The translations under genes were made by a program, and so were the position numbers. Positions 24,786-37,590 of a stretch of 64,000 bases of DNA are shown here, in pieces. The DNA comes from Octopus bimaculoides (taxonomy: Eukaryota), in NCBI RefSeq assembly GCF_001194135.2, contig NC_068992.1, positions 31,588,504 to 31,652,503 on the forward strand. The letters run 5' to 3'. The notes below the pieces were generated by a model. The model was not told the origin of the DNA and searched no databases. It saw only the letters and a list, made by a program, of their open reading frames with translations. Each line of letters starts with the position of its first letter. Position 1 is the first letter of the stretch.

Positions 24786-27626
24786 NNNNNNNNNNNNNNN
24801 NNNNNNNNNNNNNNNNNNNNNNNNNNNNNNNNNNNNNNNNNNNNNNNNNNNNNNNNNNNNNNNNNNNNNNNNNNNNNNNNNNNNNNNNNNNNNNNNNNNN
24901 NNNNNNNNNNNNNNNNNNNNNNNNNNNNNNNNNNNNNNNNNNNNNNNNNNNNNNNNNNNNNNNNNNNNNNNNNNNNNNNNNNNNNNNNNNNNNNNNNNNN
25001 NNNNNNNNNNNNNNNNNNNNNNNNNNNNNNNNNNNNNNNNNNNNNNNNNNNNNNNNNNNNNNNNNNNNNNNNNNNNNNNNNNNNNNNNNNNNNNNNNNNN
25101 NNNNNNNNNNNNNNNNNNNNNNNNNNNNNNNNNNNNNNNNNNNNNNNNNNNNNNNNNNNNNNNNNNNNNNNNNNNNNNNNNNNNNNNNNNNNNNNNNNNN
25201 NNNNNNNNNNNNNNNNNNNNNNNNNNNNNNNNNNNNNNNNNNNNNNNNNNNNNNNNNNNNNNNNNNNNNNNNNNNNNNNNNNNNNNNNNNNNNNNNNNNN
25301 NNNNNNNNNNNNNNNNNNNNNNNNNNNNNNNNNNNNNNNNNNNNNNNNNNNNNNNNNNNNNNNNNNNNNNNNNNNNNNNNNNNNNNNNNNNNNNNNNNNN
25401 NNNNNNNNNNNNNNNNNNNNNNNNNNNNNNNNNNNNNNNNNNNNNNNNNNNNNNNNNNNNNNNNNNNNNNNNNNNNNNNNNNNNNNNNNNNNNNNNNNNN
25501 NNNNNNNNNNNNNNNNNNNNNNNNNNNNNNNNATATATATATATATATAAATATATGTTTGTGTGTGTGCATATGCTTGTGTGCGTCTGCGTGGGTGCGT
25601 GTACGTGTGTGTTTTTGTAAGCTCTGTATATAAATGAAACGGCATATCACCGGCTCTCCAGATCTAGTCGTTGCAATGTCAAGAATGCTTTTTATAGGAA
25701 TTTTAGTGTTAGCTTTTAAAAGACAGTGATATTAATATATTAATATATACATGAATAACAGATTCATTTTACCGTTGCTCTGAAACAATTTTCTTAAGGG
25801 GAATTTCATGGATTGAATTTTGATTCCTCCATATCTCTAACATCATAAATAGAATATAACGATATAAAAAATATTTTAAAAAAGATATGTAATTTTATTA
25901 TTTAAATTCTTCGATTTATTGATGTATATCACTTCGTTTTACAGATGTTAAAAGAGTTCATTGATTTTATTTTATGTTTATGCAAGTTTCTGTTTTTGTC
26001 TCTCGATGTCTTGGCCACGCGTACGTCCATAATCAAATGATCAATTTCATATATCCTGCGGCTAAACTGAAATAACCGGCTTGCATTCGGCGAGAGTACA
26101 ATTCAAAGCAGTCAGACCGTCTTACGTTCAGTTTTATGCCACCTATGATACTCTTATTCAGCTGAATGAACTGGAGGAACGTGAGCGAAATTGCCTATAT
26201 ACAGAAACACGGGCATCGTCAAAACTGAGCCGTGGACGAGCAAAAACTATTTTGTGAAAATCACACTTTGAATAAAACTGACGTACATCTTCATCTGATG
26301 GTTACGTTTCGACTGAATTTGTTATTCATCATAATAGTTTTAAGCAGATTTTCATAATTTCAATATATTTATACACAATTGGTATATGCTTACAACACAA
26401 GAAAAAGTTATTTAAGATTGTGTGTGAGGGTGTTTTTGAGATTGTGTATGTGTGTGTGAGTGACTATGATGTGTGACTATGTTTTTCAATGTGTGCATAC
26501 CTGCGTATGCATAAATATGTATTTCTTTATTAATTTATACAATTCAAAATATAAAACAAAAAAGCCTCATATGTTATCATCACTTTATATATATTTATTA
26601 AACATACTATCACATACATCAACATTTCTCTATAAATATACAAACTTATCTTAAAAACAACTGACTAAATATATTTCGCCTTAGCATATATTCATGAATA
26701 TTAAATTACTGTAATTCTTATTGATTTCGTTCTCTTAAATATATGGAGGAAATAGATATGTTTATCAAACTGTGCAGAGTATAATACCTTAATGGAATAC
26801 TTGAAAACTTTTACGACAAATATTTAAGATATAAGATTGCTATTTTTTCTCACTGTTTTTCTATACCCTGAACGAAAGACACAAGCGCAGAGACACAAAT
26901 GCATATAATTATATAGGGTGTATTTTCTTTTCATAAACGGCAAGTGGAGGTTCTGGATAACCTGCACAGATGATATGCTTATAGTGATTAAATGTTTGTT
27001 CTCTATAGTAGCTCCCTACCTCTATCAAAATGGCATTGCCTGTACGGTGTGTGATACGTCAGATGTTGAGGCTATCGTAGAGCAGCATAAAATGTAGCAT
27101 TGTGACCAAGAACAGAAAGCATCTTCCGTTCCGGCAATCGAAACAATGATCTTGCTTACAATCGTGTGTTGAACACGCTAATCATTAGCCCGTGTTTCTT
27201 CATACTTACATACTTATCACTACGCACACACATTGTCTATAAGAAATGTTCTTTGACAACGCAGCCGAAGTTTGTATACTATGTATAAGTCTGTGGTGTG
27301 GTGTGCGTGTGTGTATGTGTGTGTGTCTGTGCGTGTGTGGGTGTGTGTGCACGTGTGTTTATGTGGTTAGGACGAGTGTGTGTAAGTTACTGAATCGAAA
27401 ATTAGTGGGCTTTCTTGACACATCATTTTCATTCCTCAGTATCATTCGTTGCACTCGTTATAGCGTATGGTGAGTGTATCTTGTTTTCTAGCACTTAATT
27501 TACTGAAGTTTCCCCCTGCTTTTTTTCTCTTCCCCACTTACCATGGGAAAGCACCACAGTAGCTCTTGAGATGCGGCCTTGTCTTTAACGTGCCAGCAAT
27601 GAATAACATCTTAGCCTGTGATTTGG

Positions 27627-28700
27627 TATTGTCTCGGCGTGAAATATCAGCTCATTAAGAATGAAAGTTTATTTTGCTCTATCTCAACAAAAACTAATGG
27701 AGTTAATCAAAGTATGCACCTAAATTATCAGCACAATTTCGTCGTTTTATCGGGAGTTTATTTATACCGGCAGTGAAGAATTCTGAAGTGATGAAATCAC
27801 GAAAGGCTACTTTTGTATCTTCTTCAGATTTGAAGTTTTTGGCTTACAAAATGTTGTCTAATGTCTGGAAAACTTCATAGTTCGTTGGTGAAAGGTCTGG
27901 TGAATATGGTGGAAGACAGAGTATTTGAAGTTCAGTTCTTGTAATTTCAGTGTCCTTCTTTCTGCAACATTTTGCCGAGCATTTTCTTGCAAGAGATTTG
28001 GCATGTCTCTATTGACCAGTCTCAGTTCTTTAATTGCAAGTTCACCCATAATTTTATCCGACTGCTTGATGTGTACATCCACTGTAATTGACTTACCAGG
28101 ACTCATGAAGCTGTAATAGATGACACCAGCGCTGGACCACCAAACAGACACCATTAGTATTTTGGTAAATATTCTTTTTAAATTGTGATTTGACACCTCG
28201 TTTCTATCCAAAAGAACACATTTTTCATTACATGTGGTTCGCTTTTATGACATGACAGCAAAGAACAGTAAGTTTCAAGACATGTCATTTGATGCTCATT
28301 CAGTTCGTGTGGTACTCACTTGTCCAGCATCTTTACCTTGCCGATTTATTTCAGATGGCCCAATATAGTCGGAATCGAAACATCAAACCTTGCTGCTAAC
28401 TAAGGCGTAGTTTGAGATGTATCCGCTTCTACCACTGCTTCCAACTCATCATCATCCGCTTTGGTCTCAGGTCTACCACGAGTCTGATCTCCCGGGATGA
28501 AATTAGCCTGACAGGAGCTTCTCAAACCATCGACGGACAGTGCACTCATTCGCCACATCTTCACTAAACAACTCATTGATGTTTCGAGCTGTCTGGGATG
28601 CATTGGTTCCACGACGGAACTTATATTACTAACACGAATTTTTTATCTTTCCTTTGGTTCACAAAAATTACTTTACAATAGAAACTCATAAAATAATTAT
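27627..28700 (-). mobile_element. Mariner transposon relic
   Basis: FRRGTNASQTARNINELFSEDVANECTVRRWFEK; RGRPETKADDDELEAVVEADTSQTT; MVSVWWSSAGVIYYSFMSPGKSITV..LLQENARQNVAE; GAYFD* near 27705-27722. Confidence 0.88.
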
Positions 28701-28806
28701 ATTTCGAAAAGTGACAAAGAATTTTTAGTATAAAACATTAGAGCTAATACTCAAACTTGAAACATAATATATATATGTGCGTGTGTGTGTTTGCGTATGT
28801 GTATAG

Positions 28807-28885
<79 letters not shown>

Positions 28886-29254
28886 GCATAATTAAAAATA
28901 CATCATGTTGTGTCTTATTAAATTAGTGGATACACTTCCAACTTCGATGAAATGTTTCGTCTAATCATTGTTACTTTTTTTAGAACATGCATTAAGCTCG
29001 TAAGCCGCATATTCTCTATGGATTGTAAATTCAGTTGATTATAGAAGCAGGTATCTTATGCATATTCAGCATTTTTCGACATCTCAGAGAACTCTTCTTG
29101 AATGTTACCACTAATTTTTCGTCTATAATCTGATATGCAGTCAATTTCATAATACCTGAATAATATTGGATTCAAATTATGGCAGAAAACCTGCAATTTC
29201 AGGTGCGAGTGCAAGTAGATTGCATTGACCTCAATGCTCATCTAACACTTCTTT

Positions 29255-29382
29255 TATTGATAGCGACCCGATGAAAGGCAAAGTAGACTGCATTGGAATT
29301 TGAACTCAAAATGTAAAGACGGACAAAATGCCGCTAAGCATTTTGCCAGGCGTGCTAACGATACGACCAGCTTGTCGCCTTA
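29255..29382 (-). mobile_element. tRNA-derived SINE (family C), 5' part
   Basis: Reverse complement GGCGACAAGCTGGTCGTATCGTTAGCACGCCTGGCAAAATGCTTAGCGGCATTT...GAGTTCAAATTCC, homologous to 30279-30510. Confidence 0.75.
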
Positions 29383-30082
29383 TATAGCCTGTGTAATATT
29401 ATCAGTACGAGAGGAAATAAGAATAATTCTCTCGGTATTGCTGATCAGGTTTTTCATATGCATTATCATTAGAATTCAATAAAAGAATCACTCACCATTT
29501 TAAATGCATTTTACTCAATAAATCAATAATAATATCAGACACCATCTTTAAAATATTTTACACCCAAGAGTTTCATCGTAATGAGTTGCGTAATCATCGC
29601 CGACATCACTGACGTCGGTATTATCCTACCTGTCGTCATCAGGAGTGACATCGTCATCATTGTCGATGATTCTATCTTTTCATTTTCTTTCAAACAAGTT
29701 CTATATTACTTAAACATATAATAGGACAGACAAAACTGTTAGTGATATACGTTGATACGATGGCAACATTTCTGTTGCTGGTGGTGGTGGTGGTGGTGGT
29801 GGTGGTGGTGGCACAGTCAACGAAGAAGTGATAAGTGCTGGTGATGGGTTTTATAATGAGTATGTAGAAGATAATGGCAATAATTATAAAGAGAAAAAGT
29901 GTAAGGCGTATCAATATTTTGTAATACAGATGATAAATCTGAGGAGACAAGATTACATCTTATTCTTTATAAAACTATGAAGCATGGGCTATCCAGCATT
30001 TTACCTCGCAAAATTCATGTTAAAATTTACCAAACTGACATATGCTAAAATTCGTGACATTATGGACAAAAAATACAGAATT

Positions 30083-30270
<188 letters not shown>

Positions 30271-30278
30271 TCACAAAA

Positions 30279-30510
30279 GGCGGCGTGCTGGCAGAAACGT
30301 TAGCACGCCGGGCGAAATGCTTAGCTGTATTTCGTCTGCCGTTATATTCTGAGTTCAAATTCCGCCGAGGTCGACTTTGCCTTTCATCCTTTCAGGGTCG
30401 ATAACATAAGTACCAGTTACGCACTGGTGTCGATATAATCGATCCAATCCGTTTGTTTGTCCTTGTTTGTCCCCTCTATGTTTAGCCCCTTGTGTGTAGT
30501 AAAGAAATAA
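30279..30510 (+). mobile_element. tRNA-derived SINE (family C), near full length
   Basis: GGCGGCGTGCTGGCAGAAACGTTAGCACGCCGGGCGAAATGCTTAG; B box GAGTTCAAATTCC; GTCGACTTTGCCTTTCATCCTTTC core. Confidence 0.85.
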
Positions 30511-31618
30511 CACACACATATACTAACAATGCACCTCGGTGTACAGCCACGTATTATTTGTTCCTTTTTATAGGCAGAATCAGCACACGAGGAATATCAA
30601 GTGAACAATTCCTGTTCATCAACATGGACAACAGTGGAAAGCTTTGGAATTAGGGTTCTAAAGGAAGGAATATTAAGATAAGGAAACATATTGGATAATC
30701 TTATTAATTCCATTATACCAAAGAAAGAATCGGAAAATGTTGGTGAAAGGTCTTAAAAATAAAGATGTTATGATGAATTAGGTATGTTCTTCGATCAGAA
30801 CGCCACCGACCTTTTTTTTTCTTTTATAATTCGTGTTTGTGATAAGCGTATCTAAAATCTGATCTTCAATATAAACGTTAAAGAAATTTTTTTCAGAAAC
30901 ACCGTCGTTTAGCTGTTGTTTCAAACATGTTGAATGTGATATTTGTTACCCGCTTTCTTTTTTCCCAAAATTTCCTCGAGTTCCTGTTTTCGGTATAAGT
31001 AATTCGGATTTTCCAAGAAAACACGTTTTCAAAATTTTAATTTCCCTACCTCTCCATCCTAATTCTTAAATTTTTTACTATGTTATAAATTTCCTTTTTT
31101 TGTAATCCACGTAGAAAAAATACATAGGAAACAAAAATTTGAAAATGTGATTCTTGGGCAAAATCACATTCTCCTATTTCAAAAATATAGGACACCGCAA
31201 AATTTTGCCAAAAAAAAAAAAATGCGCAAGTGGGTGATACGGAAAATGTGCCCCAAAAGCATCTTTTTTTTTTGGCATTTTCCGTTGAAAATAGGGTCTT
31301 GTGCATAATAGATGCACTCATAACACTTCTTGCAGCATCTTTTAACACGAGAAACATTGAAATTGCCAACTTAGATTAGATGCATTCCAAATATTGCCCA
31401 AAAATGACCTTAAAAGTGTGCGACCCAAGCTATCTAACGAGGTTATCTTGGTAGTGAAAAACAATTGTGCAAAATCATACTTTATTTTGTACCCGAAAGT
31501 TACTGAATATTTCGATACCTTATACATCAAAATCGGCAACTTGATTTTCGAATCTGTTAGGAACATACACACCACCCACAGTCACACAGACATACAGAGA
31601 CACACACAAACTCTGCTA

Positions 31619-31619
<1 letters not shown>

Positions 31620-31713
<94 letters not shown>
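31620..31713. repeat. (TA)n microsatellite
   Basis: Directly visible. Confidence 0.97.
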
Positions 31714-31715
<2 letters not shown>

Positions 31716-33201
31716 TCCCCTGGGTTTGTGTGGAAGACTAAAATTTATGGATATTAATCTATTTGCAATAGAACAGTGAACCCATAAGAAAGATATGCGC
31801 ACAAAAAATTTCACACCTGCACACCCCGTTTGAATATCAAAGGACGAGTTAAAATATATTTACTAAAAGCACCGCGACATGCTCGATTAATGACACATTC
31901 CAAATACAGAGTTGAACTATCTCTAAATAACAACAACTAAAGGTAGTAATCAGTTAAAACATACACATACATTTTTCGTGAAAATATTCCATAACCAACA
32001 TTTTGACACACACCTGTAATAAGTTTTTAATCACTGGAGAAAACTTTCGACCTTTGGAAGATACATAGTAAAATCAAAGGAGGAAATCCAATAAAACGAA
32101 AAGTAGCTAAGTCATGGCCCCGACATACCTACATCGATTTCTAAACCGCTTAAAAACAATCCCGTGAGCTGAAGTGAATACATGTAAATTTATGCAAACC
32201 TGTTTACAAAGTAGTATATGCATGAATAAATTCAAAGCAATAACATAACCACAAATTTAATCAATAAAACATTCTCCATAATTCTATCATAACCCACACA
32301 ACGACTTAATTAATACTCCACTCAAACGCACGTACGCACATACACAACAGTACTTTTTTCTGCAACAGACCAAGTTTAAATTCAATGCATCACAGCAAGG
32401 TGATGGCTTTGCTGACCGATACTTTGAAGATGCAGGGAATAATATTTTTCTAGCAACTGAATATATATATATATATAAACACACACACACACATACTCGC
32501 ACAGAAGAATATAGTCTCCAGAACTTCTCTTCTTTGAACACCTCCATCAATGGAAGCGAAACACCTAGGACACGAAGTCGTGGAAGTGTCCGGCCAAACC
32601 TCTATTCCAGCCATCATTGTACACGTAAAGCAAGTGTCACAGAAAAACAGCAACAGTGGGAATTACATCAAGAAAAGCAACAAAAACAATTACTGCTTTT
32701 TAGAAATACTATATTGCTAAAAATAGGAGCTACTAAACAGAAAAATCTACAATGCAAAAGACCATGAGACCCAAGGCATGCCCCTATGCAACTCGTACTT
32801 CTCATGTAGCGACCGTGTCGGGAGATTAACAAAATAGAAACAGGAAAAAGGTAACAAGAAAAACCCACCAGCAAAAATGGAAGTGTGTCAAATAGACAGA
32901 GCTTTCAACAAAAGCATATAACCATCATCTCCAACAGCACTACCAACTGGAATATCACCATCACGATCTTTACCATTATAATCACTGTTACCAGAGATGG
33001 AGCTAACAGTATAAAAGGTAGGGAGCACCGCCATGTCAACAAACCAAGGACAAAGAAGCATCGGCATTTTCTGACGTAAACGAAAATATCAAAACAATAC
33101 TCACATACAACATCCTCAGCGATTTCATCACATCAACAGAAAACACGCCAACAATATTTATATAAATCATCGACACAACTTACAAAATATGCAACCCTGT
33201 A

Positions 33202-33232
<31 letters not shown>

Positions 33233-33234
33233 TG

Positions 33235-34050
33235 CGATGATAAAAGGGCCTTCAGAAAATATCAAGAGATTGTATAGAGATGCTTGTGGAATTAGTCACT
33301 GCTAATCAGATAGAAGAGATATTTATCCGCCTTCTACCAACATAATTTATATAACCTGCTAATTGTTTCTCGCTTCTTCACGTTTTCAGAATTTCATTGA
33401 CATTTTTCGTTTCTTGTTTCAATTTCCATCGATCAACCTTTTTAAGGTTGCAAATAATGTCGATGTCATTCTCCTGTAGTCTTCCCTTTATTCTGTCGTT
33501 GATTGCCTTTTGTTCATCTGTCATGTAGCCATTAGTTCTATTGTCTTCTTTTCGATCATCTATATGTCTCTCTTCAAGTAAACTACCACTTATCCTTTCC
33601 TGTGATATTTGATTACTCTTATTAATACGACCTGTATTTTCATCGATATCTCTGCTGCTATATTCCAAGACCCGTCGTTTGATAGCTTCGAGCTATATTT
33701 CTGTGAACCAACGATTTTTTTCTTATTGCTCTAGCTTGATCACATAGTCTGCTCTGTGAGTTGAAACAATCCCTTTTCTCACGAATGATCCTATAAACTT
33801 TGTCGGTATCCCCTAATTTGAGCACCATTTTCATCTACCGGGCTGCTCAAGTAATAACACTCCATGACCACAGCATTAATTTGCTTGCTCCATCTAGGCC
33901 ATGTGTAGTGGTCCCTTTCTGGATATCGACAGGCTGGAGTCCAACCAGAATCTGTGAGCCTTTCGGGTGTAACACTGTCACCAACATTGGCTTCAGTTTT
34001 ATTACAACCGTTATTCACAATATTTTGTTTTTCATTGTCACACATATGAC
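33235..34050 (-). mobile_element. N-terminal fragment of an R4/Dong-type (RLE) non-LTR retrotransposon
   Basis: WSKQINAVVMECYYLSSPVDENGAQIRGYRQ and NLKKVDRWKLKQETKNVNEIL resemble the N-terminal region of R4/Dong-clade ORFs (W...N..VM.CY...RGYR.R). Confidence 0.6.
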
Positions 34051-34984
34051 GTAGCGATTATCAGGTTGCGCAATTAACAGTGTTTTTATCCTTAATCAGT
34101 ACATGGGAGGCTCCACCTGTTTCCTTTCATTATTTTTATTATTATCATCACTGCTATCACTGATATTATTGTTTTTATGTGTAGTAGCAGCAGTGGTTGC
34201 AGCAGCAGCAACAGTAGCAGTGGTGGGGGTAATGGTAAGAGTGGTAGGTGTGCCTCAGATTCCTGTCCTATTATGGTAGTAATTGTATTATTACCACCTG
34301 CTGCATATCATTATCATTTTTATCATCACCACCACTACCATTGTTATCATTATTATTACTATTTCCATTTATTATTAATAGATTTTGACAAATGTTCTTT
34401 ATTTTCAAGTTTTGTCTTTTAATTTAGATAATCATAAATATGTGATTGATGGAGGAAACAGTTGGGCAGCAGCTTGGTAAATAGATCATATACTACAGGT
34501 CTATAAATAGATTCAGCAGATGGTGGGGAGGTCAGCCATAGAGACAAAATAATCTTCGCATCCTGTAAGTTCGTAGAGGTCAAATGTGTTTACTACTACC
34601 AGTGAACACTGAGAACGCTCCTTTGGCCTTGAAAAGAAGCAATTCGACCTTGTCTATCTGTAATTACTGGCAGAAAACAACAACAACAACAACAATATAT
34701 ATATATATATNNNNNNNNNNNNNNNNNNNNNNNNNNNNNNNNNNNNNNNNNNNNNNNNNNNNNNNNNNNNNNNNNNNNNNNNNNNNNNNNNNNNNNNNNN
34801 NNNNNNNNNNNNNNNNNNNNNNNNNNNNNNNNNNNNNNNNNNNNNNNNNNNNNNNNNNNNNNNNNNNNNNNNNNNNNNNNNNNNNNNNNNNNNNNNNNNN
34901 NNNNNNNNNNNNNNNNNNNNNNNNNNNNNNNNNNNNNNNNNNNNNNNNNNNNNNNNNNNTATATATATATATATATATATATAT

Positions 34985-35165
34985 TCGTTTCTTGTTTCAA
35001 TTTCCGTCGATCATCCTTTTTAAGGTTGCAAATAATGTCGCTATCATTCTCCTGTAGTCTTCCCTTTATTCAGTCGTTGATTGCCTTATGTTCATCTGTC
35101 ATGTAGCCATTAGTTCCATTGTCTTCTTTTCGATCATCTATATATCTCTCATCAAGTAAACTAAC
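34985..35165 (-). mobile_element. Second copy of part of the R4/Dong N-terminal region
   Basis: Aligns with 33400-33585 (TTTAAGGTTGCAAATAATGTCG...CTCCTGTAGTCTTCCCTTTATTC.GTCGTTGATTGCC...ATGTAGCCATTAGTTC). Confidence 0.75.
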
Positions 35166-35199
35166 ACTGCTCCTTTTTGTGAGATGTTCGATTGTCTGT

Positions 35200-36150
35200 T
35201 CGGTTGGAGAATACAGTATTACTTTTACAATGAAAATTGTTTACATTTTTGAATACTCAGGGAGAAAGGAAATGATAGGTATTCACAGTAGTTGTAGACA
35301 TTAAAGGTATTTTTTTAAGCTGATCATTTGTGTTCGAAGGCAGCAGGTATGTAAGTTTCCCCATTTATTTTATTTTGAAGAAAATTTAAAATATTCACAG
35401 GAAATTGTAGATAGTCTAGTCTTTGGGAATAATAGAAAGAAGAGATGTTCACCTTGCTGGATTTTTGAATTTCTGAATTTCCTTTTCTTTTTTTTCGCTT
35501 GGAATTTTTATTTTATTTTAAAAAGTTTTCTTGTTGTTTGGTAGGTGCTTACTTCCCTAATTTTTTATCGTGAAATTAATTGTGTTGTTACAATGAAAGG
35601 CATGTTTACATATTCTGTTAGTCATGGAAGAAGGATAGATAAAATGTTTACACAAAATTGGAGATATTAAATTTTCTAAATTTTTGAGGTGTTCGTTTGT
35701 ATGTCCGTTCAGAGAAAACTGTGGTGTTTTTTGCAATAAAAAAGATGTTTACATTTTCGAAGGAACGGAAAGAAAAGGTAAAAAAATTTTCAGAGAAAAC
35801 TGTTGATAATATGATTATAAAATTTACTGGAGACGATTTATTTTTCTGTCAGAAAAGAGAAAACTAATGTTCTTGGAATAAAGATGATGTTTACATTTTC
35901 GAAGACTCAAGGGAAAAGGAAAGAATAGGTATTCACAGATGTTGTAGATGTTAAAGGCTTTAAAGCTGATCGTTTATGTTCGAAACCTGTAGATATGTAA
36001 GTCTCGTAACTTATTTTGAGGGAAATTTAAAATACTCACAGTAAACTATAAATAATCCAGTATTTTAGAATTATTTTTCAGTCGTCCTGCTGGGTTGTAT
36101 TAGTGTTTTCGTGTCTTCAATAGCTGACAGGTCAGAGCAGCAAAAAACAC
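35200..36150 (+). repeat. Unclassified AT-rich repeat with internal duplication
   Basis: The block GTTTACATTTT.GAA.ACTCA.GG..AAAGGAAA..ATAGGTATTCACAG occurs at about 35238 and 35889, with a partial copy at about 35747. The 3' part is homologous to 12150-12350 (minus). Confidence 0.65.
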
Positions 36151-36195
36151 GTCCAGCCGCTGTAAGGTCCAACCAAATGTTATTATTATTATTAT

Positions 36196-36526
36196 AGTTC
36201 AGTAGCTTTATTTTTATAACGTGCTTTCACTTCACTACCAAGCGCAGCTCTGTGCGCCTTGGGTATGTGCTGTGGTTTGCTGTGGTGCTCTTATGTTTAC
36301 TGTATTGAAAGTGTTTTGTGCAGTACCCAGTAGTGCAATTTTCTGTATGTTATATATATTTGTAAGTCCTGGTGTTTTTGTTATGTATTTGTCTGAATAT
36401 TTTTTTATTATACCTAAGGCACCTACTATGATAGGAATTGTTTCTGTTTTTAGATTCCACATTCGAGTTATCTCTATTTCCAGGTCTTTGTATTTTGAAA
36501 GTCTTTCCATTTCTTTTAGAGAAACG

Positions 36527-36530
<4 letters not shown>
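36196..36530 (-). mobile_element. 3' end of an R4/Dong-type RLE LINE, between (AAT)n tracts
   Basis: ERLSKYKDLEIEITRMWNLKTETIPIIVGALGIIKK...IQKIALLGTA, the typical RLE C-terminus (K..KY.DL..EI..MW....IP.VVGALG). Confidence 0.8.
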
Positions 36531-36614
<84 letters not shown>

Positions 36615-36620
36615 CCTCAT

Positions 36621-37079
36621 TGAGTGAGAGAGTAGAGCATGCCATAAAAGTGACACTGAGGTAAAATATACGAAGCCCATTAAACCCATCATGACTACCC
36701 GTTTGATAAGGCTACACTATCACATGCATCGCAACCATATGTGCGCGATATGGTGATCTCATATCACGATAAACAGCGCATGACCTCGCAGGTGGGGCCC
36801 AGTTAGAATTTTCTTCAGGTCGAGTAGCCCATCCCGCTCAAGAGGTCCCTGAATAAGGTTTGTGTAAGGATGTTGAGCAAAACACCCATGTTTCCAAAGG
36901 TGAATTATTCAAACCCCAAAGTATTCCTCTCAACACATGGCTATGATGCTCCCCCACTACTTCTGCTCAGGATTAGAGATGCACATATCGTCAGCCACCA
37001 AGGGGCATGCTCAACTGGTTATGGTCAAGCAACTGACAAGCAAATCTGTGGTAATGAGCAGAATATTTGCTGTAGCCCA
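36621..37079 (-). mobile_element. ~550-bp (AAT)n-anchored non-coding element, 5'-truncated copy
   Basis: The reverse complement aligns with 44645-45092 and ends ...CTCTCTCACTCA followed by (AAT)n. Confidence 0.85.
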
Positions 37080-37590
37080 ACTTTTTAGCCAATTTGCTGA
37101 CTATTGCGATGGCACGTAAGTGTCGCTGAATGGTTGACTAAGCAAATCCAAGCTTCGCTGGTAATTCTTTAACAGCTAAGAGGATATCTACTTTTCCACC
37201 AGTGTTTGCAGGCCATCCTCTTCGAGCTCTACAGATATTCCAGGACGAGGTTCGTCTTATAGGCTCTTGTTTCCCGCTTGAACTACCATTGACAGTGGCT
37301 TACGCTTATTGTCTGATCCCCACATATTGCATAAATATTCCTATTCCTTTCCGTTTCGTTGTTGTCTTTACTGAACACATAAACCAATATATGCCGTATA
37401 TGTTCCTTTGTTAATTCCATTATTGCTTTGCAAGTAAATATCTGTTAAAATCGAACTGCACTCAGAATAAGTAAACGGTAAAATTACTACCTGTTTTATA
37501 GCAAGCTGATGCAGGTAGTTTATCCCAAACCCCTCCAATGTTTAGTTCATGCAATTCAAAAATCTGAATTTTTATGGGTTGACCCAATAC
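37080..37590 (-). mobile_element. 5' half of a mariner transposon
   Basis: TIR-like TATTGGGTCAACCCATAA at about 37589. MELTKEHIRHILVYVFSKDNNETERNRNIYAICGDQTISVSHCQW, DEPRPGISVELEEDGLQTLVE, TIQRHLRAIAIVSKL. Confidence 0.82.

Noticed and set aside
27542-27615. Possible 74-nt minus-strand exon with a strong GTAAGT donor
   Set aside because: Weak acceptor, no recognisable peptide and no partner exons.
29056-29241. ORF MSIEVNAIYLHSHLKLQVFCHNL, vaguely like a DNA-transposon C-terminal motif
   Set aside because: The similarity is too short to support a call.
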